Assembly (NCBI GenBank): GCA_964057225.1
Contig: OZ059898.1
Location: 7,936,001 to 8,000,000 of the forward strand
DNA length: 64,000 nucleotides
Source of the DNA: Auanema rhodensis
Taxonomy: Eukaryota > Animalia > Nematoda
Reading direction: 5' to 3'
In this document: piece by piece, positions 53,544-64,000 of the stretch
Position numbering within the stretch: position 1 is the first letter of the stretch
Layout: each line of letters starts with the position of its first letter
The notes under the pieces: generated by a model
Databases searched by the model: none
What the model was told of the DNA's origin: nothing
What the model saw: only the letters and a program-made list of their open reading frames with translations
Made by a program: the position numbers and the translations under genes

Positions 53544-56500
53544 CTCTTCCAATTCTTTCGTCCTGATATTAAAACTCAAAGTTCCTAAATATATTAATCT
53601 TTTTTCTCTAAAGTTATTTACTTCTGTTTAATAAAAATTCTGAAGCTTAGAAAAATGGTTCTTCATCTTTTATTCACTTTTCCCTCGATTCAACTATTTT
53701 TCCTTCAATTATTCTCTCACTCTCTTTTAATATATATCTATATAGTCATTTTAACCCTCAAATTGTATTTGATAAGGTTATTTTCTAACTAGTTAAGTAG
53801 TTAGTTGCTTATCCGTACTCGTAAATAACATGGAATGTCAACTAAACTACCGTATTGAGCTTCAATTTTTTTGAGACTACGAAATGAATGAGAAAGAGAG
53901 AAGACGGAGGGTTTGAACGATAAAAATTTTTTCGAATCATTTAAATTATTTTTTTGGTCTGGTCAATAAACAAGTTCAGTGTCATCAAGTTGAAAAAATG
54001 CTGAAAACCTCAGAATTTTATAAAGTTTTTCATGTCAAAATTCAATTTGATGTCTTTCACTGACATGCAAATCACCAAAATGTTCAATTTTTATGAATTT
54101 GCTTTGATTTTTGCAATGGCGAACAGGGTAAATGGAACAAATACTAGCAAAGCATCTAGCTTTCAGATGGTTTTTGGTGTGTATGTATATCATTCAGCTA
54201 GAACTGTCTGTATCGTATGAGTTCACATAGTTAGCCAAAAGGCCAACTGGTTGCGGTAATAGTGGAAGCACTTGCGATTGTGTGGTGTCAGAGCAGTAGC
54301 TGAATTGGAAACGACCAGAAAAGAAGCCAGCACACATAGTAGTATAGCTGACAGCTTATACTATGTGGCATATTGCCAAACATGTCTTTCGTAGAAGAAT
54401 CTGACTAATATTCAGTAGAACAAGTTAAAAGAATTAAAATTAAAAATATTTTGCATATAGCTATTGAATAATTTTAATTATTATATAAAATAATAAAGAA
54501 TTCTGTATATATATATATATATATATATAGTTAAATATATATTTAGAATATATTAAGTATATAAAGGATATAAACTAAACTTTTGTAAAGACATTTGATG
54601 TTTTTTCTCTGGCTTGTTCCTACTTTCTTCTTCTTTTTTTCTCATTTTAATCTGGCAATGTAAACAAGGAATAAGGAAAAGATTACTTTATATAAGAAAG
54701 TTATTTCTCATGAAAAAAAAGTATTTAACTATATAGTATATAGTTAAGCTTAAGGTTATTAAAATAATTATTTATATTTCTTTTATCTAAATTGAGAGAG
54801 AAAAAATGACGTTTAGAAATTGCATTTATTCATACATGTAATTGGAATGTAACTAAGATAGGACGATATGAAATTTGGAAAAAGATAAAACGATTTTAAT
54901 AGAAAAAAAGGAAATAAAAAGCAAATGGAGATGATGAATGAAATGCTAGCAACGAGAAAGCCAAGGAAAATCAGCGATAGGGAGAAGGGGGGAACATATT
55001 GAATAAGCTAAAATTCCGAATTTTCATTCATTCACACAATGATGATGACTTGTTGCTTTTTGTTATTTTTTGTATGTTTTTTATCTTTAAATCTAAAGAA
55101 ATCCAGTATATAACTAGCTATATATGATGTATATTTTACTATTATTGTGTTATATAACCTCAGTAAATAATTATTAATGAGATATATATGTAAATATATA
55201 AATATACATATAGTATATAGTTCTATACTATCTTTGATTATAGTAGTTTCTCTATACCTAGACTACCATTTCTTCGAAACATAATAACTAAAAAAATAAA
55301 AAAAGAAGAAAAGAAAACGACATCTCATATATAGCTCATAAAGAATGGGTTATAAACATATAAGAAAAGTGATCTGAAAATAGCTCAAATGTGATGCAAA
55401 ATACAAAGGAAATGGTTTTTTTTTTAGATAAAACAATAAGAATGTGCTGATATACAGTAAAAATTTTATTTTTTTTCTCGAAAAATAACAATTTTCGGAC
55501 GCCGAAAACAAATTCATATGAAAAGGAAAAGATAGGCAATTGATGAGAAATAGAAAAAGAGGTAGGGATAGCGTATTAAACATTAAAGAAAAATCTGCTG
55601 AATGATCATTATTAAAGGTATTTCCATTTAACATAAGCTTTTCCCTTCTCTTTGTACTCTTTTAATCGGAAAATAGCCATAAACAGTTTGTTCAAAATTA
55701 GGCAACGAGTATGTATCTTCGTAATTCTGTTCTTTCATTCCTCTTCTCTCTTTTTCTTCTTTTCTCTTACTATTTCACTTCCTCGAATTAGAATGAATCT
55801 ATGGAAATGAAGTTCAATTAAAGCAGCAAAAGGCCATCTAGATGTGGCTTCGGTGGTTGTGTATCTCATCTTCACCTACTTCTACTCCTAGCCATACCCT
55901 ATGTGAAGCAAATAAAACTGAGAAGCTTTAGCGTAAAAGTAATGAAATAGAAAGAGAATGGATGTAATAATAGTAAAATAGAATTTACAGATTCATAACT
56001 ATTTCTGAAAGCCTGATTTCTATTATCTATTCTATCTCTTTTGCCTCTTTATCTGTCTCTTTCTCTTAATTTCGGTTAGAATTAGGATTGAACCTCTCAC
56101 TTCATCTATTTCATTAACTCATTTTCTCTCAATATCTCTATTCTTTCAGTAGTCTATCATTAAAAATATCAAATATTTTTTCCTGTTTTCCTCTTATTAA
56201 ATGTAAACTATCAGGAAAAAAGTTTTAGTTTTTTTCATTTCTAACTATTTGTTGAAGCAAAAGGAAGAAGAACTAATATCTATCTATCTATCTATCTATC
56301 TATACACATATATTCTATATATATTCTAAATATATATATGTGATTCTCATATTATCAGATTTCAAATTGAGATATAAGAAGGAGAAAAGCTGAAATCAAG
56401 CGATATGTTGGAATATTTTGGCATATTCTTTCCCTTTTTTTGAACGTCCGTTATTTAACAAAAAAAACTAAGTGGTTAAATAAAGAAATACTGATAAAGT

Positions 56501-57015
56501 ATTATAATTCAAATGAATTATTTCAGGAAAAAGAAGAGAAAAAAACATTAAAAGCTTGACCTATTAAACATTATATTGTAAGTAACAACTAAAACAATTA
56601 AAACAACAAGTAATTCAATGTCTGTACTACATACAAACTATTGGAAGTATATATAAATCTCATACAAATAAACTTATTTATACTATTATATAATAGTATA
56701 TAAATATATTTAAATATCTCACATACATTTCTTTTATTGGATTTTATATTTATTTTTGTTTATTAAAATAGTTAATTAGTAATTGAATTGAATGACAGTC
56801 AGTCCAGTTAATAGATATTAATATAAATAAATAAATAAATAATAATAAATCATAGATATATATGTATATTATAATAAAACTTATAAAACATTAAGTTTCT
56901 TACTCTTCTTTTCAGAAAAATATGAAAAACTTTCATGTTGTTCTATCAACTTACCGTATAACAATAAAGATGATACGGCTGGTAGGAGAACTGTAACGAC
57001 GATCAGGGCCCTCAT
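31555..57015 (-). CDS. ida-1: IA-2/phogrin-family receptor-type pseudophosphatase of dense-core vesicles
   Basis: Exon 1 (57015-56955) [21 protein letters not shown] with a GTAAGT donor joins in phase 1 to exon 2 at 40368 ([18 protein letters not shown], then GVFGQCY). Followed by [11 protein letters not shown], dibasic [83 protein letters not shown] and [11 protein letters not shown] at 31555-31557. Confidence 0.95.
40060..40143. repeat. (CT)n microsatellite in ida-1 intron 2
   Basis: About 84-nt CT run. Confidence 0.95.
43020..43106. repeat. (GA)n/GATA microsatellite in ida-1 intron 1
   Basis: GA run with GATA interruptions. Confidence 0.95.
45012..45049. repeat. (TAC)n/(TAG)n head-to-head microsatellite forming a 32-bp perfect palindrome
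   Basis: TACTACTACTACTACT|AGTAGTAGTAGTAGTA at 45012-45043. Confidence 0.9.
51678..51728. promoter_or_regulatory. GC box, two CRE palindromes and a TATA-like element (intronic enhancer or promoter candidate)
   Basis: GGGGCGGAG 51681-51689, TGACGTCA 51697-51704, TATATAA 51707-51713, ATATGACGTCATAT 51715-51728. Confidence 0.5.
53494..53539. repeat. (GA)n microsatellite in ida-1 intron 1
   Basis: Perfect GA run. Confidence 0.95.
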
Positions 57016-57135
57016 ATGCCCTCAGCCGTCCTTCTCCATATGCACACAACTAATGCTGAAGCCGATCGATGTAGAGAGAGCCACCCCACCCCCTGAGGAG
57101 GCTAGATAAGCTCCGCCCAATCGGAACCTTCTAAC
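57016..57135 (-). promoter_or_regulatory. ida-1 proximal promoter/leader with GC box and CCAAT
   Basis: GC-rich patch immediately upstream of the ATG. On the + strand CTCCGCCC at 57111-57118 overlaps CCAAT at 57117-57121, and CCACCCCACCCCC lies at about 57081-57093. Confidence 0.5.
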
Positions 57136-57296
57136 ATGCACACCGAGAGTCAAAGAAATAGAGAAAGTGGAGAAAAAGAAAGAAAGTAGTATGCAAAAGA
57201 GCCATACGCAGACATACATCTACCCTTTCAAGCTTCTCTATCTAATTCATAGAACTTTTTCGGAAGTTCTATATAGCTGTACTAGCTTGTTGAAGT

Positions 57297-57297
<1 letters not shown>

Positions 57298-57328
<31 letters not shown>
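57298..57328. repeat. (CAT)n microsatellite upstream of ida-1
   Basis: About 10 CAT units; source of the spurious polyH ORF in the track. Confidence 0.9.
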
Positions 57329-60300
57329 TCTCATCATCCATGTCAAATTGACATTGCTGTGTGTGGTGAGAAGCTTTCAGGATAAGTAAGATACATCATC
57401 ATTTTCTAATATTAACTCATTATAAGTACCTAGGAAATTTGATTGAATATACAAATAGACATTCATTGCTATGTCCACACACCCACATATCCATACATAT
57501 CCACACATAATTATATTTTAACTATAACATAATAATATAAATTTAAAAAATCAAAAAATGAATTTTTGATTTCATTAAGAACAATATTAAAATTATTATT
57601 ATACAAGTTATTATTTGGTATTATTCATATACATAATTGAATGTATATCTCTAAGTTTTATAATATTATTTGAAAATTCAAACATCTTCTTTTCCATTTT
57701 CATGATTTTGTGATGTCTATATAGCCTATATCCAATCACATTTTCCTAATGTTCATAATGAATAAATTGAGTTTCAACAAATCAAGTTCTTTAGAAGAAT
57801 CTTAAAAACCAAAAAAAAAGGTTTTTGTTCTTTCTAACGCGAATTTCAAATTGGGATTTGCTCTATTGAACTGAGGAATAGCTTTGAAACGCCAAAGGAA
57901 TTACTTGAAATGAATGGAGGGATTTTCAAATCATTTATGGAAGAGATCACTTAAACAGTTTTGATTAGACTACTTTACTAGATGGTTTTCATATTACATA
58001 ATGCATCTTTGCCTTTCATATATGAGCAATCTAATTGAAGATGCATCTGGCTTATTTTAATTATATTTCATATAAATAAATGAATATCCATATAATATAT
58101 GTATATTATATCAACATACATATAGATATATGTATGTATTAAGATTCTTTTTCTATTATATCATATTAACAGAGATTGTATGCAAAATTTTCTTTGAAAC
58201 TGACGTCATATCAAGGGAATATCCTCATACATATGTATAAATTTACATGTGTATTTGTAAAAAAATAGAAGAACTTCAATCATGCAAATGAAATAATTAT
58301 TTTTTTTATTAATTATACAAAATAATATAAAATAAATTATTATTATTTTTATTATTTGTAATGAACTGTATAGTAAATAATTTTAAAGTATAATAAAACT
58401 GTAAATATATAGTTTAAACTTCATAAATATATAATATTATTAAAATATTTATTTTCTTGTTCACATTTCAAAGAAAATAATATTTTCACATGGAATTATA
58501 AATTTTTTTTTGTTTAAAAATATGTAATTATCATCACCAATATGCTGTAGTATGGTGGAAGAATTAAAGAAAAAAGTTTTAAAAATTTTAATAAAATTCC
58601 TCTTTTTCGTTTTAAATTTTACATAATTTATTTTTAAATTATGATAATTTATTTATTTTCTTTCAAAATTATTATTATTAATAATAATAGTAATATTTAT
58701 AATATAAAAATGTTATTGATACGATTTATAAATTAAATGTTTATAATATTCATGTCAAAATATAACTTTTCATAACTATTTCATCTTCATTATATGTAAA
58801 TCATTGATAATTATTTGTTTCTATTATTAAAAAAAAGAATAAAATTATTTTCAATTTTTTATTAACTATATACATATAAATATATTATTTGTTATATATC
58901 AAATAAATAATTATTTAATGAATGTAAATTAGAAGAAACATTTCTGTGTATTTCTCTGAATTCTTAAAATGAATTAAAAACTATTAGCTATCTTCATGTA
59001 CTTTTCTAAATTTTTAAAAATTTTTGCAAAGTGCTCATGTGGATAAAGTTTTTAATCTTTTTTTTCTTACAAAAAGATATATATATATATATATATAAGC
59101 TTTTAAATGATAATTATACCAACATTTTCATAAAATTAAAAGAAAATGTTTCTTAAATGCAGTACAATTGAAATAATTTTGAAAATGAGACAAGAAGAAG
59201 GATAGCTTCTGGTATTTTTTATCCAAAAATCTTTACCACATTTTTCATGAAACAAGAAATAAATTCAAATAATTTGATACATAAAATCTAATAAAATATC
59301 TTTCTCTAATTCAATTTTGTTATTTGAAACTAATGAATTTATTTGGAAGTTGTATAAGATACAACATAATTATATGTACAATATATAAAATATTACATAT
59401 TGATTTATCTATAATATACTATATATACATATAGTATATTATAGATAAATTATATACTTTAAAGAATATTTTCTTTGTATTGACAAGTACTTCTTATATA
59501 CAGAACTTTTCTAAAATGTTATTTTGTTCTTTTTTTTTGTCTTCTATGTTGTCTTTAATGGATTATGACGTGTTCTTGTTTATCATGCGTACATTTGGAC
59601 TAATTAGCATTTTAGAAAAGTTATTCTACTTCCACGTATTTGCGTGATATTAAAATATATTTTATATTTTATAATAGACAGTTGTATATTTATAATTCTC
59701 ATATATATATTATATATATTATATTAGTTTTGTGTTTAAATTGTTTTGACATTGGTTAACTATAATAGAGGATAATTAATTATATGATTAAATGTACCCA
59801 TAATCTGATTTATAATATATATATATATATATTATTAAGAAATATACATATTACATATAATATTTAATATTTCTTATTTAATTGAAATGTTATAATTTAA
59901 TTTATTATACATATACATCTACATGTATAGTATAGTATATACATATATCTATTGATATTGATATTATACTGTATTAACTGGTATTACTGTAATTGCTCAT
60001 ATATACTATACTAACTATTCACTTAAAATTTATTTAAAATACTTTTTTTTGTATATCATATACATATAAATACAATTCTTAATCAAAGATTGAACAGTTT
60101 CTGTATATTTTTCTTTAATGGATTAAATATTCAAACATCAGTTTTCAGAAAACAATATATTCCAAAAATAGTTTGAAATATGCTTTTTTCTTCACATAAT
60201 ACAGAAAGAATTATATATTATATTCTTTTCCAAATATATTATCTGAAATTTACTTCAGGCTATTATTTTTTTTAATTTTGATTTTATATAAATTTTGTTA

Positions 60301-63300
60301 TAAGTTAGGAGAATATTGGAAATTGAAAACATAAATTGACATTTAAATCGATTTGAGTACCCATGTGAATGAACTTTGAAACTGTTTTCCGGTTAAGTGG
60401 AGGCTGAAAAAAAAATTTGGTAAACTTTCTAATAATCAAAGAAAACATAGAAAGAAAAAACATGAGAAAAAGCAAGAGAGAGAGAAATAGAAAGAGAGAA
60501 AGAGAGGGAGAAAAATGGATGAATTCATACAGATACATATTTGGAAATGTGACCAAGAAGGCTACCAATGAACCTTCACTACAAAGGGCAAATAGAACAA
60601 AAATGAGAAAAAACAAGAGATTGGAGTTGTTTCTTGTTTTGTTCACATTTTGCAGTTTTTTTTCTCATTGACTCCACCATGTAGCTCCGTATGGGATCAT
60701 ATTTTTCTTTTCTTTATTATATCTTTTTCGATAATGAGAAAAAGACATCCAGAATAGTTGTTGTTGAAAGAGGTATGTTAGAGAGAAGGATAGAGGGTTT
60801 TCCTCCTACGCATGTCCTTAGGGTACAACTGACCAGATATGCTGTGTCGCCGATGGAATTTTTGACCGCTACAAGTGACTGTAATAACATTTGCTTTACG
60901 AAAACTTTTTTCAAAAATTGCTGTTGGCTTGAAACACTTTTTATCTTAAGTTGGAGTTATTTAGCAAATATTTTGTGAAAACAACTAAGTGTATGCCCAA
61001 TTTCGACAAAAAAAGCTTTCGAATCTGGGAAAGACTAAAGGTGTCTGTGATTTAATCAGCAATAGGATTAACGAAGTTTTTGAAAAAAGTGGAAATATCT
61101 GGCCGAAATTCCCTTTCGCAGAAAAAATCATGATCTCATATGAATTTCAGAAAATCCATAAAGTAAACGTTGAAACAAGCTCGTAAGTGCTCTGCGATTT
61201 TGCTCAGTGTTGCGCAAGTTGATTTCCGACTTTCTGCCTTATCAGCAGTTCGGAAAGAACGACAATCCATGAAGCTGCTGGAGAGAGCAAGCAATTAACA
61301 ATAAGAAAATAAAGAGAAATAGACAGAGTAACGGAAAAAAGAATCGACGTTTCGGAATAGGCCGGAGGTTGAAAACAGGTCCAATGAGAACCCTGTTGTG
61401 CCAACCTTTATTTGAGTTTTGCGCAAGAATGAACGAAATATTTCCGCAAATCTCTCAGTTAAAGTCAACAATTCTATTTTGCTTTTTATCTTCTGCTAAT
61501 CAGAAGAGTATTGCTTTTCATCTGCAATATGATGACGAAATATGAAATATAATATTTGAAACATACTTTCTATATGTTAAAAGGAAAAGCCAAAAAAAAA
61601 TGATTTTCATACACTAATGGCTGTTTTAGATATATTCATCTGTTGTTCACTTATTATTAATCACTAATAGTTAAAATATATTTTATATTACTATAATATA
61701 TAAATAACAAAGACATCAAAAGAAGAAACTAGAATGAAAGAGAATGCCTGATTTCGAAATGAGCAAAGTTTGACAGCTCATTGGTCATAAAAAATGTGTT
61801 TGGATCAAGTATGTTCGCTTCCGAACGTATGCATGAGTCAGCATGGTCAAACGCAAAGCTTTTCAAGCTAGAAGTGGTGTCAAATGGATAAAAACGGAAG
61901 TGCTCAAACAGCAAAATATACAATACCGAAGTGAATTGCAATAAGATCACTAGAAATTTGCATAAGATGATAAGAGGATGAGAAAGAATATGAGAGAAAG
62001 AGAGATAACCTCAAGAGGGCTCAGAGGCAATGCTTATGAAGAAAACATATTAAAAAATTATCTTCAAGTCAGGTATTTCTGCTTGATGTTTCTTCTCTGG
62101 CCACGCAAGTTCAAACTAAATTTGTATTTTGCAAGACTAGTTTGCATGCAAAATCAGAAAAATAGACATTATTTGATGAAAAATCCTGTGTATGATTTAC
62201 TTGCAGCCCTTATTAGTATATTAAGGGATGTTCTGGCATAAGATTAAAAAAAAAGTTTTTGTCTTAAGTATTTCAAATGAATAAAATTAGCATATTCATG
62301 AAGATTATAACATTATATACATATACATACATATATAGAAATATAAAGAAGAAACATATAATAAATTTGAAAAATCATCTGACAGACCATTTCTCTATTT
62401 ACAAAAATAGATTGAAAACAAAAAAAACAAAATTCATGAAACTAGACTGATCGCAACATTTGGACAGCAAAATTGCGTCATTACAAACTGGCATATGTCC
62501 AAATTTGATTCTATTTATAAGACAAACATATGTGAATCCCTCTTTGTAAGCATGACATAAAAAAATTCTTTGATGGTATGTATAATGAAAACTTGATTGA
62601 AAATAGAATAACTACGAAAAGAATTAATATGAAATCTTATTATTGTCTGTATTTCTAGGATAAACATTTACAACCGCTATGTGTGAGAGTTCAGTGAAAA
62701 GTGGGAATTATTTTCACGTAATTCACGTAAGCAAATATTACCACGTAATTCTTCCGGCTTCAATGAGTTTGATGGAACGTCAATCTAGATTTGCGTGAAA
62801 TTTGAGAGTGGTTTTCCTTCAAATCAAAAAATTAAAAAAAATTAATTCGAATAGCAATGGAGTGCCCGTATCAGAAGCTTCATGACGTGAATCTAGACTG
62901 TATCAAGTGGATCGAAAATCAAGATGCTACATTCCTGAAGACGAAGAGCCGGAATGCAACTTTAAAAAAAATTAAAAACGGGACACTTGTTCGCACATTC
63001 CTTTAAAGTCTCTCTTGGATAAGAAAAGAATATAGATATATTGCTAAACAGAAATAAAGAGAAAAGACAAAGCGTAATGTTTACCATTCAGAAAAAATGA
63101 AAACAATTGGTAAATCAAAAATCAGGAAAAATGATGATTAACAAGCATAACAAGGTTTGAAAAGTTCAATCAAGACAAAAATATTATAAATCGGAGATAA
63201 TCAGTTTAAATTAATTTCAATTTGAAAAAAAAATCTGTTTGTTTGGTATTCTCAAATTACAAAAAAATTATCATTATTCACGAAAACAGCTCATTACCTT

Positions 63301-63980
63301 AAACTGATGTTTAATGATTTTAAAATCAAAATTAAAATGTTTTAATTTCATAATCGACATTGAAGATGTTTTTTTCAATTATAATAAGAAAAATTCTAAT
63401 AGTTATATATATAATATTTATATAATAATCCCGTCTAAACATAATTAATAATAATATTATTATTATTATATGTATAAACTTTCAAATGAAGAAGAGTGAT
63501 CATTGACCTACGTTCCTGTTTCTTTGAAATTTTCTGTTTGCTTATGATTACGACCTTGTTTTCATACAATTTTTGATCCCAAAAATCTTTTATTTCTGAT
63601 ATAATATATTTCGTATTATAATCTCAATACTTTTTAAATATTCAATATTAATTCTAATTCTCTTGTTTTTGGTAATTTGTGCAAGTTTTCTCTGGTTTTT
63701 CCTTCTTCTCGCGCGGCAAAGAGCACTCCATACTCCTGGAACCCGAATGGGGCGGACGATCAGCAATAGCAGAAGAAGAACGATAAGAAGCGCACTGTAT
63801 TGAGAGCCCGAGAAGAGACATAGAGAAGAACTTGCCTTTGATATTTATATAGAATCCAGATTTACATACAACAGACAGGAGTTCCAGAGAAATAGACGCA
63901 TGGCGACAAATTACGGACGGAGCCAGCTGCTAACACTTCGGGTTCCGGCTCCGCCTACAAGCTTTGCCCTCCGGCAAACG

Positions 63981-63989
63981 GTATAAAAG
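63981..63989 (+). promoter_or_regulatory. Nematode-type TATA box (GTATAAAAG) in a GC-rich patch; transcript would start beyond the window
   Basis: Exact match to the C. elegans GTATAWWAG consensus, with CTCCGCC about 30 nt upstream. Confidence 0.4.
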
Positions 63990-64000
63990 AACGGTCTGTG

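Larger units (their letters stand above)
40369..56954 (-). other. First intron of ida-1 (16,586 nt)
   Basis: GTAAGT donor at 56954 and TTTACAG acceptor at 40369. The phase-1 join restores LLYG-C. Confidence 0.85.

Noticed and set aside
54333-54367. Imperfect palindrome CACATAGTAGTATAGCTG-A-CAGCTTATACTATGTG
   Set aside because: Too short for a pre-miRNA; no second copy or Helitron-type terminus.
31555-57015. Intronic miR-153, which is hosted by vertebrate PTPRN/PTPRN2
   Set aside because: No match to TTGCATAGTCACAAAAGTGA seen by eye on either strand; a BLAST or Infernal search would be needed to exclude it fully.
61745-61782. TGAGCAAAGTTT, similar to the 5' part of miR-87
   Set aside because: The 3' half diverges and only a 7-bp stem forms; no pre-miRNA hairpin.
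12900-62241. Dozens of F/L/S-rich or E/R-rich ORFs in the track (e.g. 14485-14820, 15316-15549, 27586-27934, 39975-40223, 52897-53238, 60305-60671)
   Set aside because: They are translations of CT/GA microsatellites and AT-rich DNA, with no splice structure or family motifs.
60680-62250. Moderately GC-rich stretch with short ORFs as a possible pseudogene or transposon relic
   Set aside because: No transposase, RT or integrase motifs and no consistent exon chain in any frame I checked.
63915-63960. tRNA-like element around GGTTCCGGCTCC
   Set aside because: No TTC(G/A)A T-loop, acceptor stem or cloverleaf.

Overview
AT-rich eukaryotic genomic DNA from a nematode, probably a rhabditid: 40-60 nt GT-AG introns with TTT(C/T)AG acceptors, clear let-756 and ida-1 orthologues, and operon-like gene spacing. 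Most ORFs in the supplied track are spurious or partial exons, so I assembled gene models by hand across splice sites. Left 12 kb (compact): the 3' part of an Aladin/AAAS WD40 gene (+) converges on a candidate four-gene minus-strand operon, BIG3/ARFGEF3-like > LYRM1 > EEF2KMT/FAM86 > divergent centrin. Middle: an 11-exon orphan (+; AT-hook, Q/H/P-rich region, C-terminal degenerate homeodomain-like segment), a tetraspanin (-) and the FGF let-756 (-). Right: ida-1 (IA-2/PTPRN pseudophosphatase, -) spans 31.6-57.0 kb. Its 61-nt signal-peptide exon lies beyond a 16.6-kb first intron containing CRE palindromes, a GC box and (GA)n tracts. Best leads: (1) the LYRM1/EEF2KMT junction, with only 22 nt from stop to start and a last exon open in both frames; (2) the AT-hook/pseudo-homeodomain orphan; (3) the CRE module inside ida-1 intron 1. 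No tRNA, rRNA, CRISPR or intact transposon was recognised. All homology calls come from motif recognition, not database searches.
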